A stretch of DNA of 64,000 nt from an uncultured Endomicrobiia bacterium (GTDB lineage: Bacteria > Elusimicrobiota > Endomicrobiia > DTEH01). The position numbers were made by a program, and so were the translations under genes. Of this stretch, positions 50,724 through 61,055 are shown piece by piece (the stretch's first letter is position 1; each line of letters opens with the position of its first letter). The notes under the pieces are model-generated. The model searched no databases. It had not been told where the DNA came from and saw only the letters and a program-made list of their open reading frames with translations. The DNA is taken from the NCBI GenBank assembly GCA_937936785.1, contig CALDDQ010000015.1, positions 189-64,188 on the forward strand. The letters run 5' to 3'.

Positions 50724-51815
50724 ATGGATTTTAAATTTTTAAGTAAACCTGCAATTGTAGGACTTGACATTGGTTCAAAAAATGTTAAAGTAATATTTCT
50801 TAAATCAACATCAAAAAACAAATATAAATTAGAGAAATGGGCTATATTACCTTTACCAGACAATATTGTTTCACAAGAAGTACTTCCAGAAACACGAAAT
50901 CCTGTGGTAATCCAAACTGTAAAAGATTATTTTAACAAAAACAAAAATATTCCAAGGTATGTGTCAATTTCAGTTTCAGGTCCATCAATAGTAATAAGAT
51001 ATATTAAACTTCCTATAATGACAAAAGAAGAATTAGAAAAATCAATAAACATAGAAGCAGAACCATTTATTCCTTTTCCAATATCAGAGGTGAATTTAGC
51101 TTTTGATATTATAGGTGAGGTTATGGATGAAGGGGTAAAAAAAAATGAAGTTGTAGTAATTGCTGCAAGAAAAGATGTTATAGATGCTAAATTAGAGTTG
51201 TTAAAAGAATGCAAACTTATACCAAGGCATGTTGATGTAGATGTTTTTGCTTTAGAAACAATTGTTAGGCATAGTTATGATATAGAAAAAGAAGTTATAA
51301 GTATTATAAATATTGGAACAAATATAACAAATGTAAGTATCATAGAAGATGGTGTGACACGTGTTAGTAGAGATTTGCCTATAGGAATGAATTATATAAT
51401 TCAAAACATTAAAAGTATTCAGAATATAGATGATGTTAAGATTTTATATGATATGCTAAAAACAGATGGTTTGATTATTAAAGAAGAAGATAAAGAACGT
51501 TATTTGCAAGAAGAAAAAAAAGATTCGTTGTTGTTTTCTAAAAATTTAATTTCAGTATTAAAAGAACTTTCTACAGAATTACACAAGATTGTGGACTTCT
51601 ATTATTTTCAGAAAGGAGAACAAAAGTCGTTATCTAAAATATTTATTAGTGGAGGAGGAACTGTTATAAAAAATTTAGATAATTTTATAGAAGAAGAATT
51701 TAAAGTTCATACAGAAATTTTTGATCCATTTCGTAGAATTGAAGATGGAAAACGTATTCCTGAAGATATAAAACCCTTGTTTGCAGTAGCGGTTGGGTTA
51801 GCTTTAAAAAAATGA
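50724..51815 (+). CDS. pilM: Type IV pilus assembly protein PilM
   Basis: VGLDIGS..VK, EAEPFIPF, SGGG, AVAVGLAL. Confidence 0.92.
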   Translation: MDFKFLSKPAIVGLDIGSKNVKVIFLKSTSKNKYKLEKWAILPLPDNIVSQEVLPETRNPVVIQTVKDYFNKNKNIPRYVSISVSGPSIVIRYIKLPIMTKEELEKSINIEAEPFIPFPISEVNLAFDIIGEVMDEGVKKNEVVVIAARKDVIDAKLELLKECKLIPRHVDVDVFALETIVRHSYDIEKEVISIINIGTNITNVSIIEDGVTRVSRDLPIGMNYIIQNIKSIQNIDDVKILYDMLKTDGLIIKEEDKERYLQEEKKDSLLFSKNLISVLKELSTELHKIVDFYYFQKGEQKSLSKIFISGGGTVIKNLDNFIEEEFKVHTEIFDPFRRIEDGKRIPEDIKPLFAVAVGLALKK

Positions 51816-51821
51816 AATTTT

Positions 51822-52397
51822 ATGGTTAACATAAATCTTTTACCGAAAGAAATATTAGAGAAACAAAAGGTACAGCAGATGTTAAAATTATCAATTACTG
51901 CTGTTGTTGGTATTATTTTTATAACGGCGATAATTTTTTTAGTGAAAGCATCTGTTTTGCCAGGGTATAGTGCTAAGTTATCAAGTTTAGAGAAGGAACT
52001 TAAACAGGTTCAGCCGATTGTAGATGAAGTAAATAAATTAAAAGGAATAAAATCTACTTTAGAGAGTAGAAAACAGTTAGTTGAACAACTGTTAAACAGC
52101 GGGTTAATATACCCAAAATTTATGACAAGTTTAATGGAGACATTGCCTGAAGGGATTTGGTTTACAAACATAAATACAGTTTCAAATCGTGGTCCAGATA
52201 AAAATATTATTTCGATAAAAGTTAATGCTAATTGTAATTCTTATGATAAAATTGTTATAGCAGATTTTATTTCAAATTTAGAAAATAATCCAACATTGTT
52301 TAAAGAAGTAAAATTAGGACCTATAAATATAATCCCTGAAGGGAGTTATGAAAAACATACTTTTAACATAATGTTTGATTACATAGTGCCACAATAA
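51822..52397 (+). CDS. pilN: Type IV pilus assembly protein PilN
   Basis: N-terminal INLLP motif, TM, LPEGIWFT. Confidence 0.9.
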   Translation: MVNINLLPKEILEKQKVQQMLKLSITAVVGIIFITAIIFLVKASVLPGYSAKLSSLEKELKQVQPIVDEVNKLKGIKSTLESRKQLVEQLLNSGLIYPKFMTSLMETLPEGIWFTNINTVSNRGPDKNIISIKVNANCNSYDKIVIADFISNLENNPTLFKEVKLGPINIIPEGSYEKHTFNIMFDYIVPQ

Positions 52398-52403
52398 TAG
52401 ATT

Positions 52404-52937
52404 ATGAAAAAAGAACAACAAATATTAGTGATTGTAACAATAGTTGTAGTGTTTTATTTATATGCATTTTTAAATTTTATATTGGTCCCTTTAAATATTA
52501 AAATTTCGCAAGTGAAAAAATTAATAAACGATAAAACAACTAGTTTAGAACAAGCAAGGTTGTTGACAGAAAGTTTGCCTAAGTTGAAACAAGAAACAAA
52601 ATTGTTAGAATTAGAAATAGTTGAACTGGAAAAAAAATTGCCAAAACAAACAAATTTACCTTCGTTAATAAAAATAATAAGTCGTCAAGCACAAAATTAT
52701 GGTATAAAACTAAATACATTGACTCCACAATTAATAGATTCTTCATCGCCACAGTTTAAAGAAATACCGTTTACAATAAGTTTTATGGGAAGTTATCATT
52801 CTGTAGGACAATTTTTATCAGAACTTGCTCAAGGAGAGCGAATTATTGCGTCAAGAGATTTAACTTTAACTTATAGTGGTCAAAAAGATTATCCAATAAA
52901 TGGAACTTGTATCATTTATGCATTTTCACTAAAATAA
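52404..52937 (+). CDS. pilO: Type IV pilus assembly protein PilO
   Basis: TM, coiled coil, LP....LPSL, EIP..I...GSYH.VG.FL. Confidence 0.88.
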   Translation: MKKEQQILVIVTIVVVFYLYAFLNFILVPLNIKISQVKKLINDKTTSLEQARLLTESLPKLKQETKLLELEIVELEKKLPKQTNLPSLIKIISRQAQNYGIKLNTLTPQLIDSSSPQFKEIPFTISFMGSYHSVGQFLSELAQGERIIASRDLTLTYSGQKDYPINGTCIIYAFSLK

Positions 52938-52942
52938 AACAT

Positions 52943-53452
52943 ATGAGAAAATATTTTGTATTACTAATTTTTTTTGTGGTGATATTTATTGGTTGTGATG
53001 ATAAGTCAACACAAATTGTAGAAGGTACAAGACAAATAAAACCATCTACTATAGAACAACCAACGCTTGTAACTTCATTATCAAAAACAGAGAAAAAAAA
53101 GTATGTTTATGGAGGGCTGTCTTTTAGAGATCCTTTTATGCCTACTTCTGGTGGTAAAATGGCAAAAGCAAAGTTAGGAATTACAAAAAAAGCTGTAGCG
53201 CCAAGTTTAGGTAGTTTAAATTTGAAAGGTATTGTAGTTGATGAAAAAGACAAAGTAGCATTATTTGTTAGTCCGTATGGGAGTTATATGTTTGTTAATG
53301 GAAAGTTATACGACAGCCAAAATCGTTTAGTTAGAGGAGTTTCGGGAAAATTAATTTCAAAAGATAACGATGGTAATCTAAACGGAGTTGTTTTGATTAC
53401 TGAAGAAAATTATTATAAAGAATTTTTTTTGAAAGACAAAATTAGTAAATAA
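52943..53452 (+). CDS. pilP: PilP-like lipoprotein
   Basis: Lipobox FIGC, RDPF motif, L.LKGIV; lies between pilO and pilQ. Confidence 0.7.
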   Translation: MRKYFVLLIFFVVIFIGCDDKSTQIVEGTRQIKPSTIEQPTLVTSLSKTEKKKYVYGGLSFRDPFMPTSGGKMAKAKLGITKKAVAPSLGSLNLKGIVVDEKDKVALFVSPYGSYMFVNGKLYDSQNRLVRGVSGKLISKDNDGNLNGVVLITEENYYKEFFLKDKISK

Positions 53453-53502
53453 TTTAAATTATTTTTATAAATGGATATGACCATTTGTATGGAGGAATAA
53501 TA

Positions 53503-55248
53503 ATGACAAAAATAGTTTTTTGGTTAATAATTTTTTTGTTTGTTAATAGTTTAGTCGCACAAGAAAATGTTCAGTTGGATAAATCAACAGGAGAATTAAC
53601 AATAACAGATACATCAAAAACTGTTTCTCAAGATACTAAAATAAACGAATTAGTTGGTGTAAAAGTTGATAATAATATAGTATTTTTAGAATTTAGTAAA
53701 AAACCAGATTCAACAAATTTTTATTTAGATTCACCTGCAAGAATAGTTATAGATGTTAAAGAATGTAGTTTAAAAAAAGATATTATAATACCAAAATTTC
53801 AAGAGAATGAATTTGTTAACAAAATTAGAACAAGTCAATTTGAGACAAGACCAACCAAGATTGTGCGAATAGTTCTTGATTTAAATAAAAAATATGATTA
53901 TGAAGTTTTTACTGAAGACAATGTTGTGAAAGTAACAATATTGCCAACAGAAATTTCTTCAAAAAAAGTTTCAAAACCACAACAAGAAAAAAATTATACT
54001 TTAAAAGAAAAGAGTATTTTGCCAAATGTAATTGTAAGTTTAGAATATGACGATGCTGATTTAACAGATGTGCTACAAATGTTAGCAATAAAAGCTAATC
54101 TTAACATTATTTATGGTCCTGATGTTACTGGAACAATTTCTTTAAGTTTAAAAAATGTTCCTTTTGATAAAGCTTTTGATACGATACTAAAACTAAAAGG
54201 TCTTACTTATATCCCAATATCTGACAATATAATTCGTGTAGCGACACCTGCTACAATAGAATCTGAACGTTCCCAACAGATGGTCTATACTAAAATATTT
54301 CCTTTAAACTATGTAATTGCAGATGAGGTAAAAACTCAGATAGATTCAATTCGTGCAGCAGAAAATAGGTCTAAAGGAGCAGTTTCAGCAGATAAACAGA
54401 CAAATTCTTTGATAGTAACAGAGACAGAAGAAGGTTTAAATTTTATTGAAGGATGGATAAAAAAATTAGACCAAAAACCATATCAAGTATCAATCGAAGC
54501 ACAAGTGATAGACATTTCTCTGGATGATTTGAAAGAAATTGGGGTTGATTGGTCCTATACTGGATTGGAAACAAAAGCTGGTTCTGGAATAGATTATAAG
54601 ATGACACCAAGAACTTCAATTGGTGGAGCAACTTTTTCTGGGACTGTTGGAGAATTAGGTGTAAATCAAGCAGATATTAGTGTAGGTCTTCCTGCAAGCG
54701 GTGTGTCATTTCAGTTTGGCCAAATGACAAACAGTATGTTATTAACATCAAAGATAGCAGCATTAGTAACACAAGGTAAAGCTAAAGTTTTATCAAAACC
54801 GAAAGTTACCACAATTAGTAACAAAACAGCGACATTGTTAGCAGGAGAAAAAGTGCCTTATAAAACTACAACAATAGCAAATACTGGTGTTGCAACTGAA
54901 TCGTGGGAATTTTTAGATGCAGGAGTAAAACTTACAGTAACACCTACAGTTACACCTGACAAATGGGTAAAACTTACTGTTGTTCCTGAAGTTAGTGTTC
55001 CACAACCAGCACCTGTTGGAGTAGCTCCTACAGTAAGAACAAGAAATACTCAGGTTACAGTAATGGTAAAGAATAATGAAGCGTTGGTTATTGGTGGATT
55101 AATCTCAGATGCAGATTTGGAAACGATACAAAAGGTTCCTTTTTTAGGTGATTTACCTATATTAGGATATTTTTTCAAATATAAATCTACAACAAAAAGA
55201 AGATCTGAACTGGTAATACTAATTACGCCAAGGATAGTAGAAGACTAA
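53503..55248 (+). CDS. pilQ: Type IV pilus secretin PilQ (AMIN + secretin)
   Basis: P.RIVID/VRIVLDL AMIN domain, QVSIEAQV, LSKPKV, KVPFLGDLPILG.FF, ELVILITPRIV; SD GGAGG before ATG 53503. Confidence 0.92.
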   Translation: MTKIVFWLIIFLFVNSLVAQENVQLDKSTGELTITDTSKTVSQDTKINELVGVKVDNNIVFLEFSKKPDSTNFYLDSPARIVIDVKECSLKKDIIIPKFQENEFVNKIRTSQFETRPTKIVRIVLDLNKKYDYEVFTEDNVVKVTILPTEISSKKVSKPQQEKNYTLKEKSILPNVIVSLEYDDADLTDVLQMLAIKANLNIIYGPDVTGTISLSLKNVPFDKAFDTILKLKGLTYIPISDNIIRVATPATIESERSQQMVYTKIFPLNYVIADEVKTQIDSIRAAENRSKGAVSADKQTNSLIVTETEEGLNFIEGWIKKLDQKPYQVSIEAQVIDISLDDLKEIGVDWSYTGLETKAGSGIDYKMTPRTSIGGATFSGTVGELGVNQADISVGLPASGVSFQFGQMTNSMLLTSKIAALVTQGKAKVLSKPKVTTISNKTATLLAGEKVPYKTTTIANTGVATESWEFLDAGVKLTVTPTVTPDKWVKLTVVPEVSVPQPAPVGVAPTVRTRNTQVTVMVKNNEALVIGGLISDADLETIQKVPFLGDLPILGYFFKYKSTTKRRSELVILITPRIVED

Positions 55249-55272
55249 TCAATTTGTTTCGGAAATAATAAA

Positions 55273-56775
55273 TTGCAACAGTTAAATTTAATAGAATCAC
55301 TGGAATTGGTTTTATTGGTAGTTTTTTTTGTTTTCTTGCCGATTTTATTCTGTGCAGTTCCAATGTTTTCAAAATTAGTTTTGTTGTTTATAATATTTGC
55401 CGTGTTTATAATTAATACTTATAAAATTCAAGTAAAAAAAATGAGAATAAGTTTTTTAACAAATAAAGTTTTTGTTTTGTTTATAGTATTTTTTATATAT
55501 CTTGTTTTTAATACATTTTTTGTTTCAAAAATTATTTATGATAGCAAGGTTGAACTAATAAATTTTGTTATCTACACAATAGTATTTTTTGTGATTTTAT
55601 TAGTTGATAACGAAAAATTAACAAAATCTTTATTATATTCATTTTTTGTGGTAATAATATATTTTTTAGTATCATATATTTCAAGTGACAATGATAGAGA
55701 AAAAATAATTTATTATTTCTTTTATAATCCGAATATTTTTGCAGGGTATTGTTTAATAAATTTATTTTTTTCTTATGTTTGTGTTAGAAACAATTTTAGT
55801 GATAAAATTATAATTTTAATAAATTGTATTTCATCTTTATTGTTGTTAATTTTTATGAAAAATTATGCTGCGTTATTTGTTATTTTTTTATTAGGATTTT
55901 TTTTAATAAAGAAATACTACAAGATTTCTTTTATTACTATAATAATTATTATATTTTTTTTAGCAAATGTTATTATATTAATTAATTACCAAACTTTTGT
56001 TGATAGAACGGTTTGGTTTATTGCAGGTGTTAGAATTTTTTTGAAAAATATATTTTTAGGGATTGGTTTAAACAATTTTAAACATTTTTATTTGTCTAAT
56101 ATTGTTGAACCAGTTTTTCCTTCTGTTGCAACTATATATTTGCATAATTATTTTCTTCAATTGGCATTAGAAATAGGTGTTTTGGGAATATTATTAAAAA
56201 TTATAATATTGTTTATGATTCTAAGATTTAAAAATAATAATTTATTTTTTTATCCAATAATTGCAATACTAATTTTAAATTTTTTTGATTATAATTTAGT
56301 TATACCACAAAATAGTATTTTGCTATATACGATGTTATCTGGATATGTAAAGAATACGGGCCAGTTTTTGTTTGTTGAACAGAAAAATAAATATATATAT
56401 TTTTTTGTAATAACAGTATTTTTTTTAATAGGATTTTATATGACAAAAAAGTATTATGATATTGAAATGTTGTTTAAGTATCCAGATAAAAATAATTTAA
56501 AACAAATAATAAATATTGACAAAACTTGTTGGCAGGCATATGCTGATATGGCAAAAATAAATATTGCAGAGAAAAATTTATATTTAGCATTAGACAATTT
56601 ATTTTTAGCTACAAAATATAATTCACAATATTCAGAAGCATATTTCTACATAGCATTGATATATAAAAAGTTAAATATTAACAAAAATTTTGTATACAAA
56701 AATTTATCTAAAGCAATAAAACTCAATCCTAAAGCATCTGATAGATATATAAAATATTTCAATTCTAATTTTTAA
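55273..56775 (+). CDS. O-antigen ligase (Wzy_C) family membrane protein with C-terminal TPR
   Basis: Multi-TM; NPNIFAGY, R...W, LGIGLNNF, HNYFLQLALEIGVLG; TPR tail. Confidence 0.75.
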   Translation: MQQLNLIESLELVLLVVFFVFLPILFCAVPMFSKLVLLFIIFAVFIINTYKIQVKKMRISFLTNKVFVLFIVFFIYLVFNTFFVSKIIYDSKVELINFVIYTIVFFVILLVDNEKLTKSLLYSFFVVIIYFLVSYISSDNDREKIIYYFFYNPNIFAGYCLINLFFSYVCVRNNFSDKIIILINCISSLLLLIFMKNYAALFVIFLLGFFLIKKYYKISFITIIIIIFFLANVIILINYQTFVDRTVWFIAGVRIFLKNIFLGIGLNNFKHFYLSNIVEPVFPSVATIYLHNYFLQLALEIGVLGILLKIIILFMILRFKNNNLFFYPIIAILILNFFDYNLVIPQNSILLYTMLSGYVKNTGQFLFVEQKNKYIYFFVITVFFLIGFYMTKKYYDIEMLFKYPDKNNLKQIINIDKTCWQAYADMAKINIAEKNLYLALDNLFLATKYNSQYSEAYFYIALIYKKLNINKNFVYKNLSKAIKLNPKASDRYIKYFNSNF

Positions 56776-56785
56776 AAATTATCTA

Positions 56786-57508
56786 ATGAACTATATATTA
56801 ACATGTGCTTATAACGAAGAAAAAAATGTTTATGAACAAATAAATTCGTTACGTTGTGAGTTTAAGGATAAAAATTATAAAATAATTTTTGTCAACGATG
56901 GTTCAACTGATAATACCAAAGAAATAGTTAACAGTCTTAAAAGTGATGATTTAATATTATTAAACCACAACAAAAATTTAGGTTTAGGTTGTGCAATAAA
57001 AACAGGTCTGCAACATATATGTTCGTTTGCAGAAGAAAATGATGTTGTTATAACAATGGATGCTGATAACACACATGATGTTAAAATAATAAGGTTAATG
57101 ATAGAAAAAATTAATTGTGGATATGACATAGTTATAGCATCTCGGTATGCAAATGGTGCAATACAGATAGGAGTAAGTATTTTAAGACGGATGTTGTCTT
57201 TTTTTGCAAACAAATTTTTTAAAATTATTTTTAACATACCTAATGTTAAAGATTATACTTCTGGTTACCGTGCATATAGTTATATTGTAATTAAAAAACT
57301 GTATGATAAAAAAGAAGAAAAACCTATAGAGGAAAAAAATTTTGTTATACAATTAGAACTACTAGTAAAAATGATTACCTTTAATCCAAAAATTGTAGAA
57401 GTTCCAATATTTTTAAGATATGATAAAAAATATGGAAAAAGTAAATTAAAAATTGTAAAAACAGCATTGTCATATATTAAATTCATAGTGAAAACAAATC
57501 TTTTATGA
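56786..57508 (+). CDS. Glycosyltransferase family 2 (polyprenol-phosphate sugar synthase-like)
   Basis: AYNEE, VNDGSTD, NLGLG.A, TMDADNTH, DIVIASRY, DYTSGYRAY. Confidence 0.88.
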   Translation: MNYILTCAYNEEKNVYEQINSLRCEFKDKNYKIIFVNDGSTDNTKEIVNSLKSDDLILLNHNKNLGLGCAIKTGLQHICSFAEENDVVITMDADNTHDVKIIRLMIEKINCGYDIVIASRYANGAIQIGVSILRRMLSFFANKFFKIIFNIPNVKDYTSGYRAYSYIVIKKLYDKKEEKPIEEKNFVIQLELLVKMITFNPKIVEVPIFLRYDKKYGKSKLKIVKTALSYIKFIVKTNLL

Positions 57509-58503
57509 AAGAAAAAATAGTTGCTATAGGGATAGACATTGGTGGAACAGAGATAAAGTATGGTTTGGTATTAAAAGAGAATAACGAGTATTACTTGATA
57601 AACCATGGTTCTGTTAAGACTCCGAAAAATGATGTAAAATCTGTAGTAGAGATTATTTTTATGGTAGTTGATAAATTACAAAAAGTTTATCCAAATATTG
57701 ATGCTGTTGGTATAGGAGTGGCTGGGATAGTAGACAATAACAGAGGCAAAGTTTTTTATGCACCAAATTTAAAATGGGAAAATATAAATCTTAAAAAAAT
57801 TTTATTAAAAAAGATTAAAGTTCCTCTATTTATAGATAACGATGCTAATTTTGCTGCTATAGGGACTCATTCTTATGAATTAAAAAAAAGGTATAAAAAC
57901 TTAGTTTGTTTAACTTTAGGCACAGGTGTAGGTGGTGGAATAATTATTGATAACAAAATTTACAACGGTTATTTTGGTTTAAGTGGCGAGTTCGGTCATA
58001 TGACGATATATCCTGATGGTGAAAGATGTAATTGTGGGAATAGAGGTTGTTTAGAAAGATATGTTGGAAGTCAGTGGTTTTTAAAAATGGCAATAAAAAA
58101 GATAAAAGAAAATAAAGGTTTTCAATACAAACAAATTTTATCTTTAGTAGGGAATGATATTAATGCAATAACTACTAAAACATTATATCTTGCAGCAAGA
58201 AAAAATAATGTTTTTGCAAAAAATCTGTGGTCGCAATATGGTAAGTATTTGGGAATTTTGGTTGCAAATATTGTTGTAACAATAAATCCACAGATAATAG
58301 TTTTTGCTGGAGGTCTATCAGGTGCAAACAAATATTTCTTACCTTCCTTAAAAAAAGAAGTTAATAAAAGAGTTTTTCCATTAGTGACGAAATGTGGCAG
58401 TAATTTCTTTTCTATAGAAAAAGTAAAATATTATTGTTCTTCCAACACAAAAACATTAGGTATTTTAGGTGCTGCAATTTATACTATAGAAAATATTTTA
58501 TGA
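57505..58503 (+). CDS. ROK family sugar kinase (glucokinase-like)
   Basis: GIDIGGT, DNDAN, TLGTGVGGG, GEFGH..CNCGNRGCLE. Confidence 0.9.
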   Translation: MKEKIVAIGIDIGGTEIKYGLVLKENNEYYLINHGSVKTPKNDVKSVVEIIFMVVDKLQKVYPNIDAVGIGVAGIVDNNRGKVFYAPNLKWENINLKKILLKKIKVPLFIDNDANFAAIGTHSYELKKRYKNLVCLTLGTGVGGGIIIDNKIYNGYFGLSGEFGHMTIYPDGERCNCGNRGCLERYVGSQWFLKMAIKKIKENKGFQYKQILSLVGNDINAITTKTLYLAARKNNVFAKNLWSQYGKYLGILVANIVVTINPQIIVFAGGLSGANKYFLPSLKKEVNKRVFPLVTKCGSNFFSIEKVKYYCSSNTKTLGILGAAIYTIENIL

Positions 58504-60449
58504 AATGGTTTGTCTTACCTACGAAAGTAATTATTATAACTGTCATATTTTTCATTAACATTTATGCAAAAGACAGTTTTGTTTTGAATGCAGAAAGTGT
58601 TGTATATGATGGTGAAAACAAGAAATTAATTGCTAAAACAGATGTTATTTTAAAATATAAGGATACAATAATAAAAACTCAAGAAGCTATTTACGATACT
58701 GAACGTGAGTTGGTATATACAACAACAGATACTGTTATTTATCGTGATAAAAATATTATAAATTTAAGTAATATGGTTTATGATATTACTACAGGTTCTA
58801 TAACTGCAGAAAATTTTTCTAGTTTTTTTGACCCATATTATTTTTATGCTGGAAGTTGTGTTATAAAAAAAGACAAATATATTTTGATAAACACAAAAGT
58901 TACACATTGTGATGAACCAAATCCACATTATTATTTTGAAGGGAAAAAAGTTGTAGTATATCCAAAAAACAAAATTGAAATATATACTCCTAAAATTAAA
59001 ATATTTGGGATACCAATTTTATGGTTACCATACTATGAAATTTCATTAAAACATCGTCGTGATTGTATGATAATAGAACCTGGATACGATAGTTATAACG
59101 GTTCATATGCGAAGATTAGATATATTTATTCTTTGTCACAATCAAATTCTGTACATTTGTTATTAGATTTATTTCAATATCAAGGAGTTGGTACAGGGTT
59201 GGAGTATAGGTATTATTCCACAAAACAAAGTGGCCTTTTTTATGCTTACTATATTAAACAACGGTCAGATAATAAAATTAGGTGGAATCTGTTATTTAAT
59301 GATTCTCACAAGATAAGTAATATGTGGACTATGCAAACAAGTTTAGAATTTTTAAGTGATCAGGATGTGTATTATTACTACAATAAAGAAAATTGGTATT
59401 TGTTAAGAAATGAAATTAATTCCAGCATATCTTTTATTCGTAATGCAAACAGGACAACCTTAAGGACAACATATTTACGAAAAGATGAATATGATTCTTT
59501 GACAGAAAAATTTGTTAATAAATATTATCAGATACCAGTGAATTTTATTTATTATCCAAGTAATATTGGAAAATTAACCATTATGGAAACATTTTCTTTC
59601 ATCCCAACTTTTATTGAATCAACCAACTACTATAACATTTATGTTGCTAATCAAATTTCAGCATTTTATCCGTTAAGAATATCAATATTTGCACTAACAC
59701 CTAATTTGTATTTAACAACAAATTTTATTAAACCAGATCAATATAAAGATTTTTATTATTATAATGTTTATACATTTGTTTTTCCTTTAAGGTACAGAAT
59801 AAGAAGTTTTGGTATAGCAGATATATCTTATAATTATGGCATAAAGTCGTTAAACAACAGTTTTTTGTTAGATGAGAGTTCTGATGGAGTAACAAAGAAT
59901 AGTATAGTTCCAAGAATAGATCTTTTTTATAGGAGAAAGTATTTAAGAACATATTTTGAATATAACTTTTTAGTTAGAACAGGTGATTGGACAGATAATA
60001 TTACTCCAATAAAAACAGATTTAGGAACAGATTTTGGTAATGTTGATATAAATTTACATACAAGGTTTAATGTTAAAAATAACGTAGTGGAAAACTCGCA
60101 GGTTTCGTTAGGATATAAATTTAATTTAAGGAATCGTTTTGGAATAACCTATGTTAATGACATAAATAATCCTGAAACACATATAATACATACATCAGTT
60201 GATTTTGCACTAAAAAACTTGTGGCAATTTAGAATACAAACAGTAGGAAATTATGTTAAATATTATGATATTATAAATTCAACCTATGAAATTTATAGGA
60301 ACTTACACTGTTGGGAGACAAAAATTGCATATTCTGACCGTAAAAATGTTCAAGAAATTTGGTTTTATATAGGATTTAGATTTAAATCTTCTTCAGAAGA
60401 AAGATTGGACCATCTTGACAGACAGTATATGCCATGGCGTAATAAATAA
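58500..60449 (+). CDS. LptD-like LPS assembly outer membrane protein
   Basis: Signal peptide, beta-jellyroll N-terminus, THCDEPNPHY, IPILWLPY, C-terminal RNLHCWE; start overlaps the ROK stop. Confidence 0.75.
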   Translation: MKWFVLPTKVIIITVIFFINIYAKDSFVLNAESVVYDGENKKLIAKTDVILKYKDTIIKTQEAIYDTERELVYTTTDTVIYRDKNIINLSNMVYDITTGSITAENFSSFFDPYYFYAGSCVIKKDKYILINTKVTHCDEPNPHYYFEGKKVVVYPKNKIEIYTPKIKIFGIPILWLPYYEISLKHRRDCMIIEPGYDSYNGSYAKIRYIYSLSQSNSVHLLLDLFQYQGVGTGLEYRYYSTKQSGLFYAYYIKQRSDNKIRWNLLFNDSHKISNMWTMQTSLEFLSDQDVYYYYNKENWYLLRNEINSSISFIRNANRTTLRTTYLRKDEYDSLTEKFVNKYYQIPVNFIYYPSNIGKLTIMETFSFIPTFIESTNYYNIYVANQISAFYPLRISIFALTPNLYLTTNFIKPDQYKDFYYYNVYTFVFPLRYRIRSFGIADISYNYGIKSLNNSFLLDESSDGVTKNSIVPRIDLFYRRKYLRTYFEYNFLVRTGDWTDNITPIKTDLGTDFGNVDINLHTRFNVKNNVVENSQVSLGYKFNLRNRFGITYVNDINNPETHIIHTSVDFALKNLWQFRIQTVGNYVKYYDIINSTYEIYRNLHCWETKIAYSDRKNVQEIWFYIGFRFKSSSEERLDHLDRQYMPWRNK

Positions 60450-60515
60450 ATACTATAGAAAATGTTAGTAATTATAGATTTTAAATGTAGTATTAGTGCG
60501 CACTTGTTTCAATGC

Positions 60516-60544
60516 TTGACAATAAAAAAATTTTTGTATATAAA
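60516..60544 (+). promoter_or_regulatory. Candidate sigma70 promoter for the nrdR-DGC-histone operon
   Basis: TTGACA-17bp-TATAAA; ATG 9 nt downstream. Confidence 0.6.
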
Positions 60545-60553
60545 AATAAAAAT

Positions 60554-61048
60554 ATGAAATGTACTTATTGTGGTTATTCTGATACTCAGGTAATAGATAC
60601 ACGGTCAATAAAAAGTGCTTCTATTATAAAACGAAGAAGGTTATGTAAAAATTGTCGCCGTAAGTTTACAACTTATGAACGTATTGAAGAGATACCATTA
60701 CGTGTTATTAAACAGAATAATCAAAGAGAACCGTTTAGTGTAGAAAAGTTAAGAGAAGGAATTTTGCGTGCAGTTGAGAAACGACCAATAAGTTCAGAAA
60801 CTGTTGAACAAATTATAACAGAAGTTCAACAAGAAATTGCAGAAAAGTTTACTTTAGAAGTTCCATCAAAAACTATTGGTAAGATGGTTTTGGAACGATT
60901 ATTTAGTTTAGATCCAGTTTCTTATATAAGATTTGCTTCGGTATATTATCATTATGATAGCATAGAAAATTTTTTAACAGAAATTCGTAAATTACGTCGT
61001 GTGTACAAAAAAAAGAATAATATCCCAAAATTAAATTTTAAATCTTAA
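60554..61048 (+). CDS. nrdR: Transcriptional repressor NrdR
   Basis: MKCTYCG..DTQVIDTR, RRR.C..C..KFTTYER, ATP cone, YIRFASVY. Confidence 0.95.
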   Translation: MKCTYCGYSDTQVIDTRSIKSASIIKRRRLCKNCRRKFTTYERIEEIPLRVIKQNNQREPFSVEKLREGILRAVEKRPISSETVEQIITEVQQEIAEKFTLEVPSKTIGKMVLERLFSLDPVSYIRFASVYYHYDSIENFLTEIRKLRRVYKKKNNIPKLNFKS

Positions 61049-61055
61049 ACAAATA

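Noticed and set aside
60512-60553. N-terminal extension of NrdR in the ORF track (likewise TolC, TolB, PilP, PilQ, LptD and the response regulator)
   Set aside because: The extensions cover promoter/SD elements or overlap upstream genes; family-typical starts lie downstream
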